Shown here piece after piece: positions 45,347-53,584 of a stretch of DNA of 57,441 bases (positions are counted from its first letter, which is position 1; every line of letters starts with the position of its first letter). The translations under genes were made by a program, and so were the position numbers. The stretch is from an uncultured Gammaproteobacteria bacterium (GTDB lineage Bacteria > Patescibacteriota > Microgenomatia > Daviesbacterales > UBA10151), in the NCBI GenBank assembly GCA_964387865.1, contig CAYLXC010000004.1, forward strand, positions 1 through 57,441. The letters run 5' to 3'. The notes below the pieces were generated by a model, which was given only the letters and a program-made list of their open reading frames with translations, did no database searches and was not told the DNA's origin.

Positions 45347-45901
45347 ATGGATCCAGTACTAAACGATGTAAACACCAAAATTGAAGCAACGATCCATCAT
45401 TTTAAGATGGAAATTGCTGGTATTAGGGCCGGAAGGGCAAACCCGGCTTTGATTGAAAATATTATGGTGGATACTTATGGCTCAAAAATGAAACTCATTG
45501 AGCTGGGGAATATCTCTGCACCTCAGCCAACTCTTTTAACAGTTCAGGTTTGGGATGCATCAATTTTGGATAATGTTATAAAAGCAATTCAGGAAGCAAA
45601 TTTGGGACTAAATCCATCAAATGAAGGAACATTAATCCGTTTACCAATTCCTCCGTTAACTTCAGAGAGAAGAGAGGAGTTTACAAAACTTTTGCACCAA
45701 AAGATAGAGCAAGCGAGAGTTGAAATAAGACAAATTAGACAGGATTTTAGGAATAATTGGAAAAGTGAGCAGGAAAAGGGAACTTTTGGTGAAGATGAAT
45801 TTTTCAGAAGAGAAAAATTATTACAAGAACTTGTTGATAAGAAAATTTTGGAGGTGGAAAGTTTGGGAAAAGCTAAGGAAGAGGAATTGACTCAAATATA
45901 A
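45347..45901 (+). CDS. frr: ribosome recycling factor
   Basis: IRAGRANP, LGLNPSNEG, IPPLTSERR. Confidence 0.96.
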   Translation: MDPVLNDVNTKIEATIHHFKMEIAGIRAGRANPALIENIMVDTYGSKMKLIELGNISAPQPTLLTVQVWDASILDNVIKAIQEANLGLNPSNEGTLIRLPIPPLTSERREEFTKLLHQKIEQARVEIRQIRQDFRNNWKSEQEKGTFGEDEFFRREKLLQELVDKKILEVESLGKAKEEELTQI

Positions 45902-45909
45902 TTCTTATA

Positions 45910-46998
45910 ATGATTATATCTATTATAATCTTTATTTTTACACTTCTTGTTCTAGTCCTAATCCATGAGTTAGGTCATTTTTTAATGGCTAAAAGATTTG
46001 GGATAAAAGTTGAGGAATTTGGATTTGGTATTCCTCCCAGAATATGGGGTAAAAGAGTAGGAGAAACAATTTATTCCATAAACGCTTTACCTATTGGCGG
46101 ATTCGTAAGACTTTTGGGTGAAGATGAAGTTAATAAAAATATTTTAGAAAATCCCCGATCTTTCGCACATAAAAGTGTTTATCAAAGGATTTTGGTTGTA
46201 ATTGCTGGGGTGATAATGAATCTAGTTCTTGCCTGGGTTATTTTTTATACAGTCTTGCTTTATCAAAATTTCAGAATTATTTATCCAACAATTGAGCAAG
46301 GAGTATATATAGGACATGTTGAGAATAATTTTCCTGCCGAAGCTGCTGGTGTAATGGTTGGAGACAAGGTGCTAAAAGTAGATGAAAAAGAAGTTAAAGA
46401 ATTTGAAGATGCCAGAAATTTTATACGTGAGAAAAAAGGACAAGCAGTTACTTTGACTCTATCTAATATTGAAGGTAAGGATGAAAAAGTATTAACAGTT
46501 ACTCCAAAAAAAGTGGAAGGAGAAGATTATCTGATAGGTGTTGGTTTCTCTCCTGTTGCTATAAAACAATACCAAACAACTTTGGAAAAAGTTTTCTCAG
46601 GGGTTACCTATTCTTGGGATTTAACAAAGGTTACTTTTCAAGGATTGGGGAAGCTAATTTCTGATATTGCAGAAGGGAATTATAAAGTTGCATCTCAATC
46701 AGTTTCGGGTCCTGTTGGCCTTGCAAATGCCAGTAATAATATTTTGAGCGCAGGTAAGGAAGCTCTTCCATTTTATCTTTGGTTTGTAGGGGTAATATCT
46801 TTGACATTAACCATTTTTAATGTTTTACCAATTCCTGCTTTGGATGGAGGGAGGCTTCTATTTCTGGTAATAGAGGCAGTTACAAAAAAAAAGGTTAGGG
46901 CAGAAGTTGAGAGAATTGTTCACCAAGTAGGCTTTGCCCTGCTTCTAACATTGGCACTACTTGTGACTTATTCAGATATCCGCAAGATGCTTCCTTAA
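45910..46998 (+). CDS. rseP: RseP-like intramembrane metalloprotease (M50 with PDZ)
   Basis: HELGH, GGFVRL, PDZ segment, NVLPIPALDGG. Confidence 0.92.
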   Translation: MIISIIIFIFTLLVLVLIHELGHFLMAKRFGIKVEEFGFGIPPRIWGKRVGETIYSINALPIGGFVRLLGEDEVNKNILENPRSFAHKSVYQRILVVIAGVIMNLVLAWVIFYTVLLYQNFRIIYPTIEQGVYIGHVENNFPAEAAGVMVGDKVLKVDEKEVKEFEDARNFIREKKGQAVTLTLSNIEGKDEKVLTVTPKKVEGEDYLIGVGFSPVAIKQYQTTLEKVFSGVTYSWDLTKVTFQGLGKLISDIAEGNYKVASQSVSGPVGLANASNNILSAGKEALPFYLWFVGVISLTLTIFNVLPIPALDGGRLLFLVIEAVTKKKVRAEVERIVHQVGFALLLTLALLVTYSDIRKMLP

Positions 46999-47105
46999 TA
47001 TGTTAAAACTGTACTGTTTGATATAACTGCTCAATATAGTCATGGAATAATCTTGCATCTGCTTGCACTGCCCTAAATAAATTTATATTTTGAAAAAATA
47101 TACTT

Positions 47106-47141
47106 GGTTACAATAAATCGCTATAGCGATCCATTGTAACC
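47106..47141. repeat. 36-bp imperfect palindrome upstream of the PaaX-like gene
   Basis: GGTTACAAT-AA-ATCGCTA|TAGCGAT-CC-ATTGTAACC. Confidence 0.85.
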
Positions 47142-47168
47142 TAGATAAACTAAGAATGTTGCAAAATA

Positions 47169-47726
47169 ATGAACAATAAAAAGTTATTTACTATTGAGGT
47201 CCTGAAAGTTCTTGCTGTAAGTGGAATTTTAATCGGCTCCGCCGCTCTACCGACTTTACCGATGGCAGTAAGCGGTGCTGTCAAAATCTGGAAGAATATA
47301 AACAAAAAGGATCTAGGACGAATAATTAAACGTTTAGAAAAGCAGGAAATGATTTCCATTAGGGAAAATAATAGTAAAATAGCTATTGAAGTTACAGAAA
47401 AAGGAAAAAGAAGATTACTTGAGTATGATTTTGAAAATATAGAATTAAAATCTGGAAAGAGAGATGGAAAATGGAGATTAATTATTTTTGATATACCGGA
47501 AGAAAAGAAAAGCTCAAGAGATGTTTTTAGAAGGAAACTTCTTGAACTTGGAATGATTCGTTTGCAGGATAGTGTTTGGGTTAGTGCTTTCCCTTGCAAG
47601 AATGAGATTGACTTCTTAACTAATTTCTTGGAGATTTCTAAGCATATTACGATAATATCAATTGATAAAATAGAAAGCGGCGAACAATTAATTTGGAAGA
47701 AATACCAAGATTTTGGGGACAATTAG
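47169..47726 (+). CDS. PaaX-like protein (winged HTH + Cas2-like domain)
   Basis: RIIKRLEKQEMI...VTEKGK wing; DGKWRLIIFDIPE...FRRKLLELGMIRLQDSVWV. Confidence 0.85.
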   Translation: MNNKKLFTIEVLKVLAVSGILIGSAALPTLPMAVSGAVKIWKNINKKDLGRIIKRLEKQEMISIRENNSKIAIEVTEKGKRRLLEYDFENIELKSGKRDGKWRLIIFDIPEEKKSSRDVFRRKLLELGMIRLQDSVWVSAFPCKNEIDFLTNFLEISKHITIISIDKIESGEQLIWKKYQDFGDN

Positions 47727-47758
47727 TCGCGGTCGCGACTTTATGTAACCTGAAATTT

Positions 47759-47788
47759 TTGACAAACAAGAATATTTAGTAGTAATAT
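47759..47788 (+). promoter_or_regulatory. promoter upstream of the T-box leader
   Basis: TTGACA (47759-64), 18 nt, TAATAT (47783-88). Confidence 0.6.
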
Positions 47789-47799
47789 TAAAGAGTAAA

Positions 47800-47942
47800 A
47801 GCGATGAAAGAGTTTCCCGCTCTGGAGCTGAATGCGACGAGCATTTCCGTTTGTAACGTTATAACTTATATCAAGAAGTAACTAAGGTGGTACCACGAAG
47901 TCTTCACCTTCGTCCTTAATAAAGGAAGAGGTGAATTTTTTT
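47800..47942 (+). promoter_or_regulatory. T-box riboswitch, Pro specifier, ultrashort Stem I
   Basis: K-turn AGC-GAU-GA/GA-GCU, stem AGAG/CUCU, apical loop UUUCCCG; Stem II AAUGC/GCAUU; CCGUU box; Stem III ACUU/AAGU; antiterminator AAGG-UGGUACC-ACGAAG/CUUCGU-CCUU; terminator UUCACCU/AGGUGAA + U7; upstream of csaA-proS. Confidence 0.9.
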
Positions 47943-48273
47943 GGCAAATATAGATGATTTCTTAAAACTTGATATTAGAGTTGGTAAAATACTTAAAGTT
48001 GAAGATTTTCCTGAGGCAAGAAAGCCTTCATATAAACTTACTATAGATTTTGGTGAGGAGATTGGTATCAAACATTCTTCAGCACAGCTGGTGGATTTAT
48101 ATACAAAAGATGATTTAGAGGGTAAACTAATCTTAGGAGTTGTTAATTTGGAGCCAAGGCAAATTGGACCATTTGTGTCAGAAGTTTTAACAACAGGAGT
48201 GCCGAATGATGGACACAAATGTATACTAGTAGTACCAGATAAAGATGCGCCTTTAGGATCAAAGTTATATTAA
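47941..48273 (+). CDS. csaA: CsaA/Trbp111-like OB-fold tRNA-binding protein
   Basis: DDFLKLDIRVGKI, ARKPSYKLTIDFG, VVNLEPRQIGPFVSEVL; TTG start with GAGGTG SD. Confidence 0.88.
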   Translation: MANIDDFLKLDIRVGKILKVEDFPEARKPSYKLTIDFGEEIGIKHSSAQLVDLYTKDDLEGKLILGVVNLEPRQIGPFVSEVLTTGVPNDGHKCILVVPDKDAPLGSKLY

Positions 48274-48283
48274 CTAAGTACAT

Positions 48284-49711
48284 ATGAAATCTATTACAAA
48301 AAAATCTGAGGATATCTCTGGTTGGTATAATGATGTGATTGAGAGGGCTCAGCTTGCTGAGCATGGACCAGTCAGAGGCACTATGATTTGGAGGCCAAAA
48401 GGTTTTTCTCTTTGGGAGGCAATCCAAAAGAATTTGGATGTAAAAATTAAAGATTTGGGTGCCCAAAGTGTTTATTTCCCGCTTTTTATTCCACACTCCT
48501 TTTTATCAAAAGAGAAGGCGCATGTAAAGGGATTTGCTCCAGATTTGGCAGTTGTTACTCACGGTGGTGGTGAAAAATTAAAAGAGCCTTTGGTTGTCCG
48601 TCCAACTTCTGAAACCATAATGTATGATGCTTTTTCCAGGTGGGTTCAATCTTTTAGAGATTTGCCGCTTGTGATAAACCAATGGTGTAATGTGGTCAGG
48701 TGGGAAAAACGGCCATATTATTTTTTAAGAACAACAGAATTTTTATGGCAGGAAGGACACAGCGCTCATGAAAATAATGATAACGCCCAGAAAATGGTGG
48801 ATGACGCTCTAAAAATGTATGTTGATTTTTACAAAGATGTTTTGGGGCTTTACGGATATGCAGGCAGGAAATCTGAGTCAGAAAAATTTCCGGGAGCTGA
48901 TGCAACTTATACATATGAAATCTTAATGCCTGATGGGAAAATTGTCCAAGGCTGTACTTCCCACAATTTGGGTCAAAATTTTGCCAAAGTATTTGATGTT
49001 AATTTTCAAGATAAAAATGGACAGGAGCAGTATGTTTTCCAAACTTCATGGGGACTATCCACAAGATCAATTGGTGCAATGATTTTAGTTCATGGAGATG
49101 ATAATGGTCTCATTTTACCTCCTTTGATTTCTCCAATTCAAGTTGTAGTAATTCCAATAATCACTAAAGCTTCAGACCAAAAGGGAATCAATGATTTGGC
49201 ACACAAGGTTTATGAACTTTTGGAGAGTTATAACATACGGGTTAAATTGGATGATAGCGATCAATCTCCGGGTTGGAAGTTTAATCAGTATGATTTAGAA
49301 GGAGTACCTGTAAGAATTGAAATTGGTCAATCAGAAGCAAAAGACAAAAAAGTTACTATAAAGCCAAGAGATGGAAGTCCAAAGCTAACTTTAGGATTAG
49401 ATGAGTTGGGAAGTGAGATAGAGAAAGTTTTGCACGATATACAGATTAACCTTTTTGAAAAATCAAAGCAATTTACTTCGGATAATACTAGGCAAGCTGA
49501 TAATTATGAAGATTTTAAAGAAATAATGAATACTGCCCGCGGTTTTATAGAAGCTTTTTGGTGTGAAGATAAAAATTGTGAAACAAAAATAAAAGAGGAA
49601 ACAAAAGCAACAACAAGATGTTTGCCTTTGGATGCAATTGAGGCGAATGGGAAATGCGTTTACTGTGGAAAAGAAGCCAAATTCCGCTGGCTCTTCGGCC
49701 AATCTTATTGA
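48284..49711 (+). CDS. proS: prolyl-tRNA synthetase, archaeal/eukaryotic type
   Basis: VRPTSET, FLRTTEFLWQEGH, HNLGQNFAK, QTSWGLSTRSIG, C-terminal Zn-like domain ending FGQSY. Confidence 0.97.
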   Translation: MKSITKKSEDISGWYNDVIERAQLAEHGPVRGTMIWRPKGFSLWEAIQKNLDVKIKDLGAQSVYFPLFIPHSFLSKEKAHVKGFAPDLAVVTHGGGEKLKEPLVVRPTSETIMYDAFSRWVQSFRDLPLVINQWCNVVRWEKRPYYFLRTTEFLWQEGHSAHENNDNAQKMVDDALKMYVDFYKDVLGLYGYAGRKSESEKFPGADATYTYEILMPDGKIVQGCTSHNLGQNFAKVFDVNFQDKNGQEQYVFQTSWGLSTRSIGAMILVHGDDNGLILPPLISPIQVVVIPIITKASDQKGINDLAHKVYELLESYNIRVKLDDSDQSPGWKFNQYDLEGVPVRIEIGQSEAKDKKVTIKPRDGSPKLTLGLDELGSEIEKVLHDIQINLFEKSKQFTSDNTRQADNYEDFKEIMNTARGFIEAFWCEDKNCETKIKEETKATTRCLPLDAIEANGKCVYCGKEAKFRWLFGQSY

Positions 49712-49746
49712 TTTTAGGCTTCTATTCTGCTAAAGTCGTTTTCCAA

Positions 49747-49932
49747 ATGTTCTTATTTCAATTTAAACCGTATCAACTTCGGATATTTTCTTCCTGGTTT
49801 ATTAATCTTTCTGCGGGCTGGTTTGCTTCCATATTCTTTTTGTTATCTCAGCCATGGTTACTTATACTAAGCATCCTGCTGTCTATTATTTGTTTGTATA
49901 CCTCTGTTATAATAGAAAAGAAATTAAGATAA
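49747..49932 (+). CDS. small hypothetical membrane protein
   Basis: YQLRIFSSWFINLSAGWF plus a second TM; start moved to ATG 49747 to avoid overlap with proS. Confidence 0.5.
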   Translation: MFLFQFKPYQLRIFSSWFINLSAGWFASIFFLLSQPWLLILSILLSIICLYTSVIIEKKLR

Positions 49933-49934
49933 AT

Positions 49935-50075
49935 ATGAGAATTACTGATATTGATTTAACAAATACTACAGCTATTGCGCAGTTAACAACTGTTTTATTA
50001 ATAATTGCTTTTTTATTGGCTTTTATTGCTTATAACCGTACTGATAAAAATCTAAAATCCCGTAAAAAGGTGTGA
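49935..50075 (+). CDS. very small single-TM protein
   Basis: MRITDIDLTNTTAIAQLTTVLLIIAFLLAFIAYNRTDKNLKSRKKV*. Confidence 0.45.
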   Translation: MRITDIDLTNTTAIAQLTTVLLIIAFLLAFIAYNRTDKNLKSRKKV

Positions 50076-50112
50076 TTGATTTTAGGAACATTCTCTGTTA
50101 AACTATGGGGTT

Positions 50113-50955
50113 ATGGTAGAAGGCAATGGATGGGAAAGATTAAGTGAAGTTGCTCCATCAGATCAATTTGTTTGTACGTATGGTGGTCAATTTGCCCAAA
50201 CTTTAGAAATAAACAGACCACTTGTAGAAAGATTTTTATCAATTTCTGCTTTAGATGGTAGAGTTTTACTTCAAGAAAGCAAGGTTAGGAGACCTCGAGC
50301 CATACCGGATGGAGTAAATCCTGATGGATCTGTTGCTGGTAGAGGGGGTTTAAGGTGGGGTGAAAAGTTAGAAACTGATGAAAAGAGAGAAATAAATCCT
50401 AATTGCCAGATAGAACCAGATGAGAATGGATGGGTTATTTCTATTAATGGTGGATTGATTGCAGATGATTTAAGAGAAAAAGGTGGCTTAACAGTAAGAG
50501 AAATGAATCGAAAAGGAGCAAATAGGTTTAATGGTTATCTGGCCGACAGTTTTAGCAAAACTCTTTTAAAAGATAAGTTGACTTTCGCCAAGGACCCATT
50601 TTTTACCGGACGATTATTAGTATCTTCGATTAGTTTAGTTGCCGTAACAAATAATGTATGGGCTAAGGATTGGGGTTCACTAATAAATGGATTGCTTTTT
50701 TACGAACTTCTCGTATTTTATACTAATATATTTAGAAAATCATTTTTTGATGAGCATTTGAGTAATGAAAAAAGGTTTAGGGCTAAAAATTATGATGCAT
50801 CGTTTATGAAAATAATTAATTTTCATAGAAGAACCGTGAGGAGTTTTGCTGAAGGATTTGATACCCCTTTTGAAATTGACAGACTTATCGGAGCTCTAGG
50901 ATATTTGGAATGGAATAGATTAACGAGAAATAGATTAGTTAGAGCAGCCAGCTAA
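50113..50955 (+). CDS. hypothetical protein with two C-terminal hydrophobic segments
   Basis: 280 aa ORF, no family recognised. Confidence 0.65.
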   Translation: MVEGNGWERLSEVAPSDQFVCTYGGQFAQTLEINRPLVERFLSISALDGRVLLQESKVRRPRAIPDGVNPDGSVAGRGGLRWGEKLETDEKREINPNCQIEPDENGWVISINGGLIADDLREKGGLTVREMNRKGANRFNGYLADSFSKTLLKDKLTFAKDPFFTGRLLVSSISLVAVTNNVWAKDWGSLINGLLFYELLVFYTNIFRKSFFDEHLSNEKRFRAKNYDASFMKIINFHRRTVRSFAEGFDTPFEIDRLIGALGYLEWNRLTRNRLVRAAS

Positions 50956-50995
50956 TTGATTTTAACCAGGAATTCTGTTACATTAACAAGCTAGC

Positions 50996-52171
50996 ATGAT
51001 AAGTAAAAATATCCTTAAACAACCTAAATCTATAGTTGAAGTTACAGTTACTGTACCTTGGACAGATTTGGAAAATACCTGGAACACGACTCTTCAGAAA
51101 ATGGCTTCTGATGTAGAACTACCTGGATTTAGAAAAGGTGCAGCTCCCCTTCCCATGGTTGAACAAAACCTTGGGATAAAACTTCAAGATGAGGTTCTAA
51201 AAGTATCCATGCCTAATTTTTTAATAGAGGCATTAAAGGGCACTGATATTGTCCCTATAGATTATCCGAAATATGACTTAATTTCTTTTGTTAAAGGACA
51301 ACAGCTTCAATTTAAAGCAACTATTACAAACAGGCCTGCCGTGACAGTAGGCAATTATAAAACTATAAAAGCAACAAGACCTCTATTAAAAAGTGTTACA
51401 GATGAGGAAGTAAATAAGGTTATTGATGATTTATATAAAAGGTGGAAAGTAAGAAATCCTGTAACACAATCTTCAGTCAACAGCTCGCTTCGCGAAGCGA
51501 GTCCACAGTCAACAGACAAAACAGGTGGTCAAGGTGGATCCATAAGTTTCCAGGGTGGTCCTTCGACCCGTTCGGATGCCTCAGGGCAAGCTGGCTCAGG
51601 ATCTTCGGGACAACAGCAACAAACAGTCCCAACTAATGGGCAAGCTGAAGGTCCCAATGATACTTTTGCCAAAGCCATGGGAGCCATTTCCCTTTCTGAT
51701 TTAAAAGAAAAGGTAAGAAAAGATCTGGAAGCAAATGTTAAATATAATAATGAATTGGATTATGAAGAAGCAATCTTGCAAGAGGTTGAAAAAATTACAA
51801 CTGTTGAACTCCCTGATATTTTAATCCAGGATGAATTAAATAGGATGTTGGTTTCTTTACAAAGAAGAGTGGCTGACATGGGACTACTTTTGGAAGATTA
51901 CTTGAAAGGACAGGGTAAAACTTTGGATCAGCTGAAAAATGAATGGAGAACTCAGGCAGAAAAAAATGTAAGAATGGAACTGGGGCTTGCAGAGATTGCA
52001 AGGCAGGAGAATGTGGCAATTTCAGATGCAGAACTTCAAGCAGAGGTGGACAAAATTCAAGACGGGAAGGTTAAAAAACAATTTGAGGCACAAGAACCAA
52101 GGTTACATCTAAGGCATGCATTAAGACAAACTAGAACATTAGACCTATTAAAAAAGATGGTAGGAGGGTAG
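50996..52171 (+). CDS. tig: trigger factor lacking the FKBP/PPIase domain
   Basis: Ribosome-binding PGFRKGAAP; C-terminal helical domain (LPDILIQDEL); the middle is a G/S/Q/T linker containing repeats. Confidence 0.9.
   Translation: MISKNILKQPKSIVEVTVTVPWTDLENTWNTTLQKMASDVELPGFRKGAAPLPMVEQNLGIKLQDEVLKVSMPNFLIEALKGTDIVPIDYPKYDLISFVKGQQLQFKATITNRPAVTVGNYKTIKATRPLLKSVTDEEVNKVIDDLYKRWKVRNPVTQSSVNSSLREASPQSTDKTGGQGGSISFQGGPSTRSDASGQAGSGSSGQQQQTVPTNGQAEGPNDTFAKAMGAISLSDLKEKVRKDLEANVKYNNELDYEEAILQEVEKITTVELPDILIQDELNRMLVSLQRRVADMGLLLEDYLKGQGKTLDQLKNEWRTQAEKNVRMELGLAEIARQENVAISDAELQAEVDKIQDGKVKKQFEAQEPRLHLRHALRQTRTLDLLKKMVGG
51474..51517. repeat. composite CAGTCAA heptamer + 18-bp palindrome element in tig
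   Basis: CAGTCAA CAG CTCGCTTCG|CGAAGCGAG TCCA CAGTCAA CAGAC; 30 nt identical to 54722-54751. Confidence 0.95.
51560..51603. repeat. degenerate REP-like element in tig
   Basis: CCTTCGAC...CTCAGGGCAAG...GCTCAGGATC; reverse-complement relative of the GTCATCCTGAGC..GTCGAAGG family. Confidence 0.6.
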
Positions 52172-52172
52172 G

Positions 52173-52502
52173 ATGGATTGTATCTTCTGTAAGATTGTTA
52201 ACAAAGAGATTCCAAAAGAGTTTGACTACGAATCCAAGAGCTTAGTGGTTTTTCCTGATATTAATCCATCAGCAGATATTCATCTTTTGATTGTGCCAAA
52301 AAAGCACATTAATGGAATGAAAGAGATCGGGGAGGAACATTCTAATTTACTGGCAGAAGTTTACAGAGTGGTGAGTAAGCTGGTTGAGGAAAATAATTTA
52401 CAGGATGATCTTTATAGGGTTGTTGTAAATGGAGGAAGAGCTCAACATGTGCCCCATTTACATTTTCATCTTTTAGGTGGACAATGGAAAAAGATGGTTT
52501 AA
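52173..52502 (+). CDS. HIT-family nucleotide hydrolase
   Basis: MDCIFCKI, HLLIVPKKH, QHVPHLHFHLLGG. Confidence 0.95.
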   Translation: MDCIFCKIVNKEIPKEFDYESKSLVVFPDINPSADIHLLIVPKKHINGMKEIGEEHSNLLAEVYRVVSKLVEENNLQDDLYRVVVNGGRAQHVPHLHFHLLGGQWKKMV

Positions 52503-52525
52503 AAGGAGGTGTTTTTTAATTCAAA

Positions 52526-52723
52526 ATGTCAATAATAGTTAAAGCTAATCCTGGAGATTCTACAGATTCTGTTATCAGAAAATTTCAAAAAAAAGTTGTT
52601 GCTGAAGGTTTGGTTCAAGAAATTAGGGACAGGTATGTTTATAAAAAACCTTCACAACGCCGTCAGGAATATTTGGCAGAGAAAAGACGGAAAATAATGA
52701 GAGCCAGAAGGTATGGTGGATGA
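52526..52723 (+). CDS. rpsU: 30S ribosomal protein S21
   Basis: DSVIRKFQKKV...EIRDRYVYKKPSQRR; in the hit-rpsU-yqeY context. Confidence 0.88.
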   Translation: MSIIVKANPGDSTDSVIRKFQKKVVAEGLVQEIRDRYVYKKPSQRRQEYLAEKRRKIMRARRYGG

Positions 52724-53177
52724 AAAGATGTTGCTTGAGAGACTACAAGAAGATTTAAAGCAGGCACAACTTGCAAAAGATGAAGTAAAGATTTCTACTT
52801 TAAGGCTTCTAATCTCTGAAATACATAATGGTGAAATCCAAAAAGGTGGCACTTTAGAAGACCGGGAAATAATTTCAGTTGTGCAACGGGAGGCTAAAAA
52901 AAGAAAAGAAGCCGCGGCAGGCTTTAGGCAGGGTCAAAGAGAAGAACAAGCTCAAAAAGAAGAAGCAGAACTTAAAATATTGGAAAGTTACTTGCCATCT
53001 CAGCTTTCAAATGAGGAATTGACTAAAATAGTTGAAGATACTATAAATGAATTAGGGGCCAATTCTTTGCAAGATATGGGTAAGGTTATGGGTACAGTTA
53101 TGGGGAAGGTTAAAGGACAGACAGATGGAGAAGTGGTAAGTGGGATTGTTAGAGAGAAACTAACTACAAATTTATGA
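52713..53177 (+). CDS. yqeY: GatB/YqeY domain protein
   Basis: LRLLISEI, EAKKRKEA, YLPSQLS, DMGKVMG. Confidence 0.92.
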   Translation: MVDEKMLLERLQEDLKQAQLAKDEVKISTLRLLISEIHNGEIQKGGTLEDREIISVVQREAKKRKEAAAGFRQGQREEQAQKEEAELKILESYLPSQLSNEELTKIVEDTINELGANSLQDMGKVMGTVMGKVKGQTDGEVVSGIVREKLTTNL

Positions 53178-53584
53178 TAAATATCATTGTTTCATCTGAT
53201 CCAAGATATCAAATCAATAAAACGGCAATAAGATCGGCAGTCTTTATGGCTTTACAAAAGCATCGTATTGGGGGAAAAGTTGAGCTTGGCATAAATATTA
53301 TTGGCGATCGAAAAATGCATGAGCTCAATAAAAAATACAGAGGAATTGATTCAACAACAGATATCTTATCTTTTGCACTCGAGGATCCAAATCCCGCAAG
53401 CTTACAACATATCCCAAGAATCGGTTTTATTTCAGCTCCTGATAGGTGGTTAAGACTTGGGGATATTGTAATTTCCTATCCGCAAGCTTTAGAAGATGCT
53501 GCTTTGGATGGAATATCCGTTGATGAGGAAATTAGAGATTTGGTTGAACATGGTGTGAATCACCTATTAGGAATCCATCACTAA
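53174..53584 (+). CDS. ybeY: rRNA maturation endoribonuclease YbeY
   Basis: LNKKYRGID..TDILSF, LGDIVIS, HGVNHLLGIHH. Confidence 0.92.
   Translation: MINIIVSSDPRYQINKTAIRSAVFMALQKHRIGGKVELGINIIGDRKMHELNKKYRGIDSTTDILSFALEDPNPASLQHIPRIGFISAPDRWLRLGDIVISYPQALEDAALDGISVDEEIRDLVEHGVNHLLGIHH

Noticed and set aside
47000-47030. Second HAD-like start remnant (M-L-K-T-V-L-F-D-I with a frameshift) after rseP
   Set aside because: Only ~7 residues match, a frameshift is required, and the DxDGT motif does not continue; could be chance
47169-47726. Cas2 / CRISPR-Cas locus
   Set aside because: The FDIPE...LQDSVW segment is the Cas2-like domain of PaaX-type proteins and is fused to a wHTH. I saw no cas1 and no repeat-spacer array anywhere in the window.
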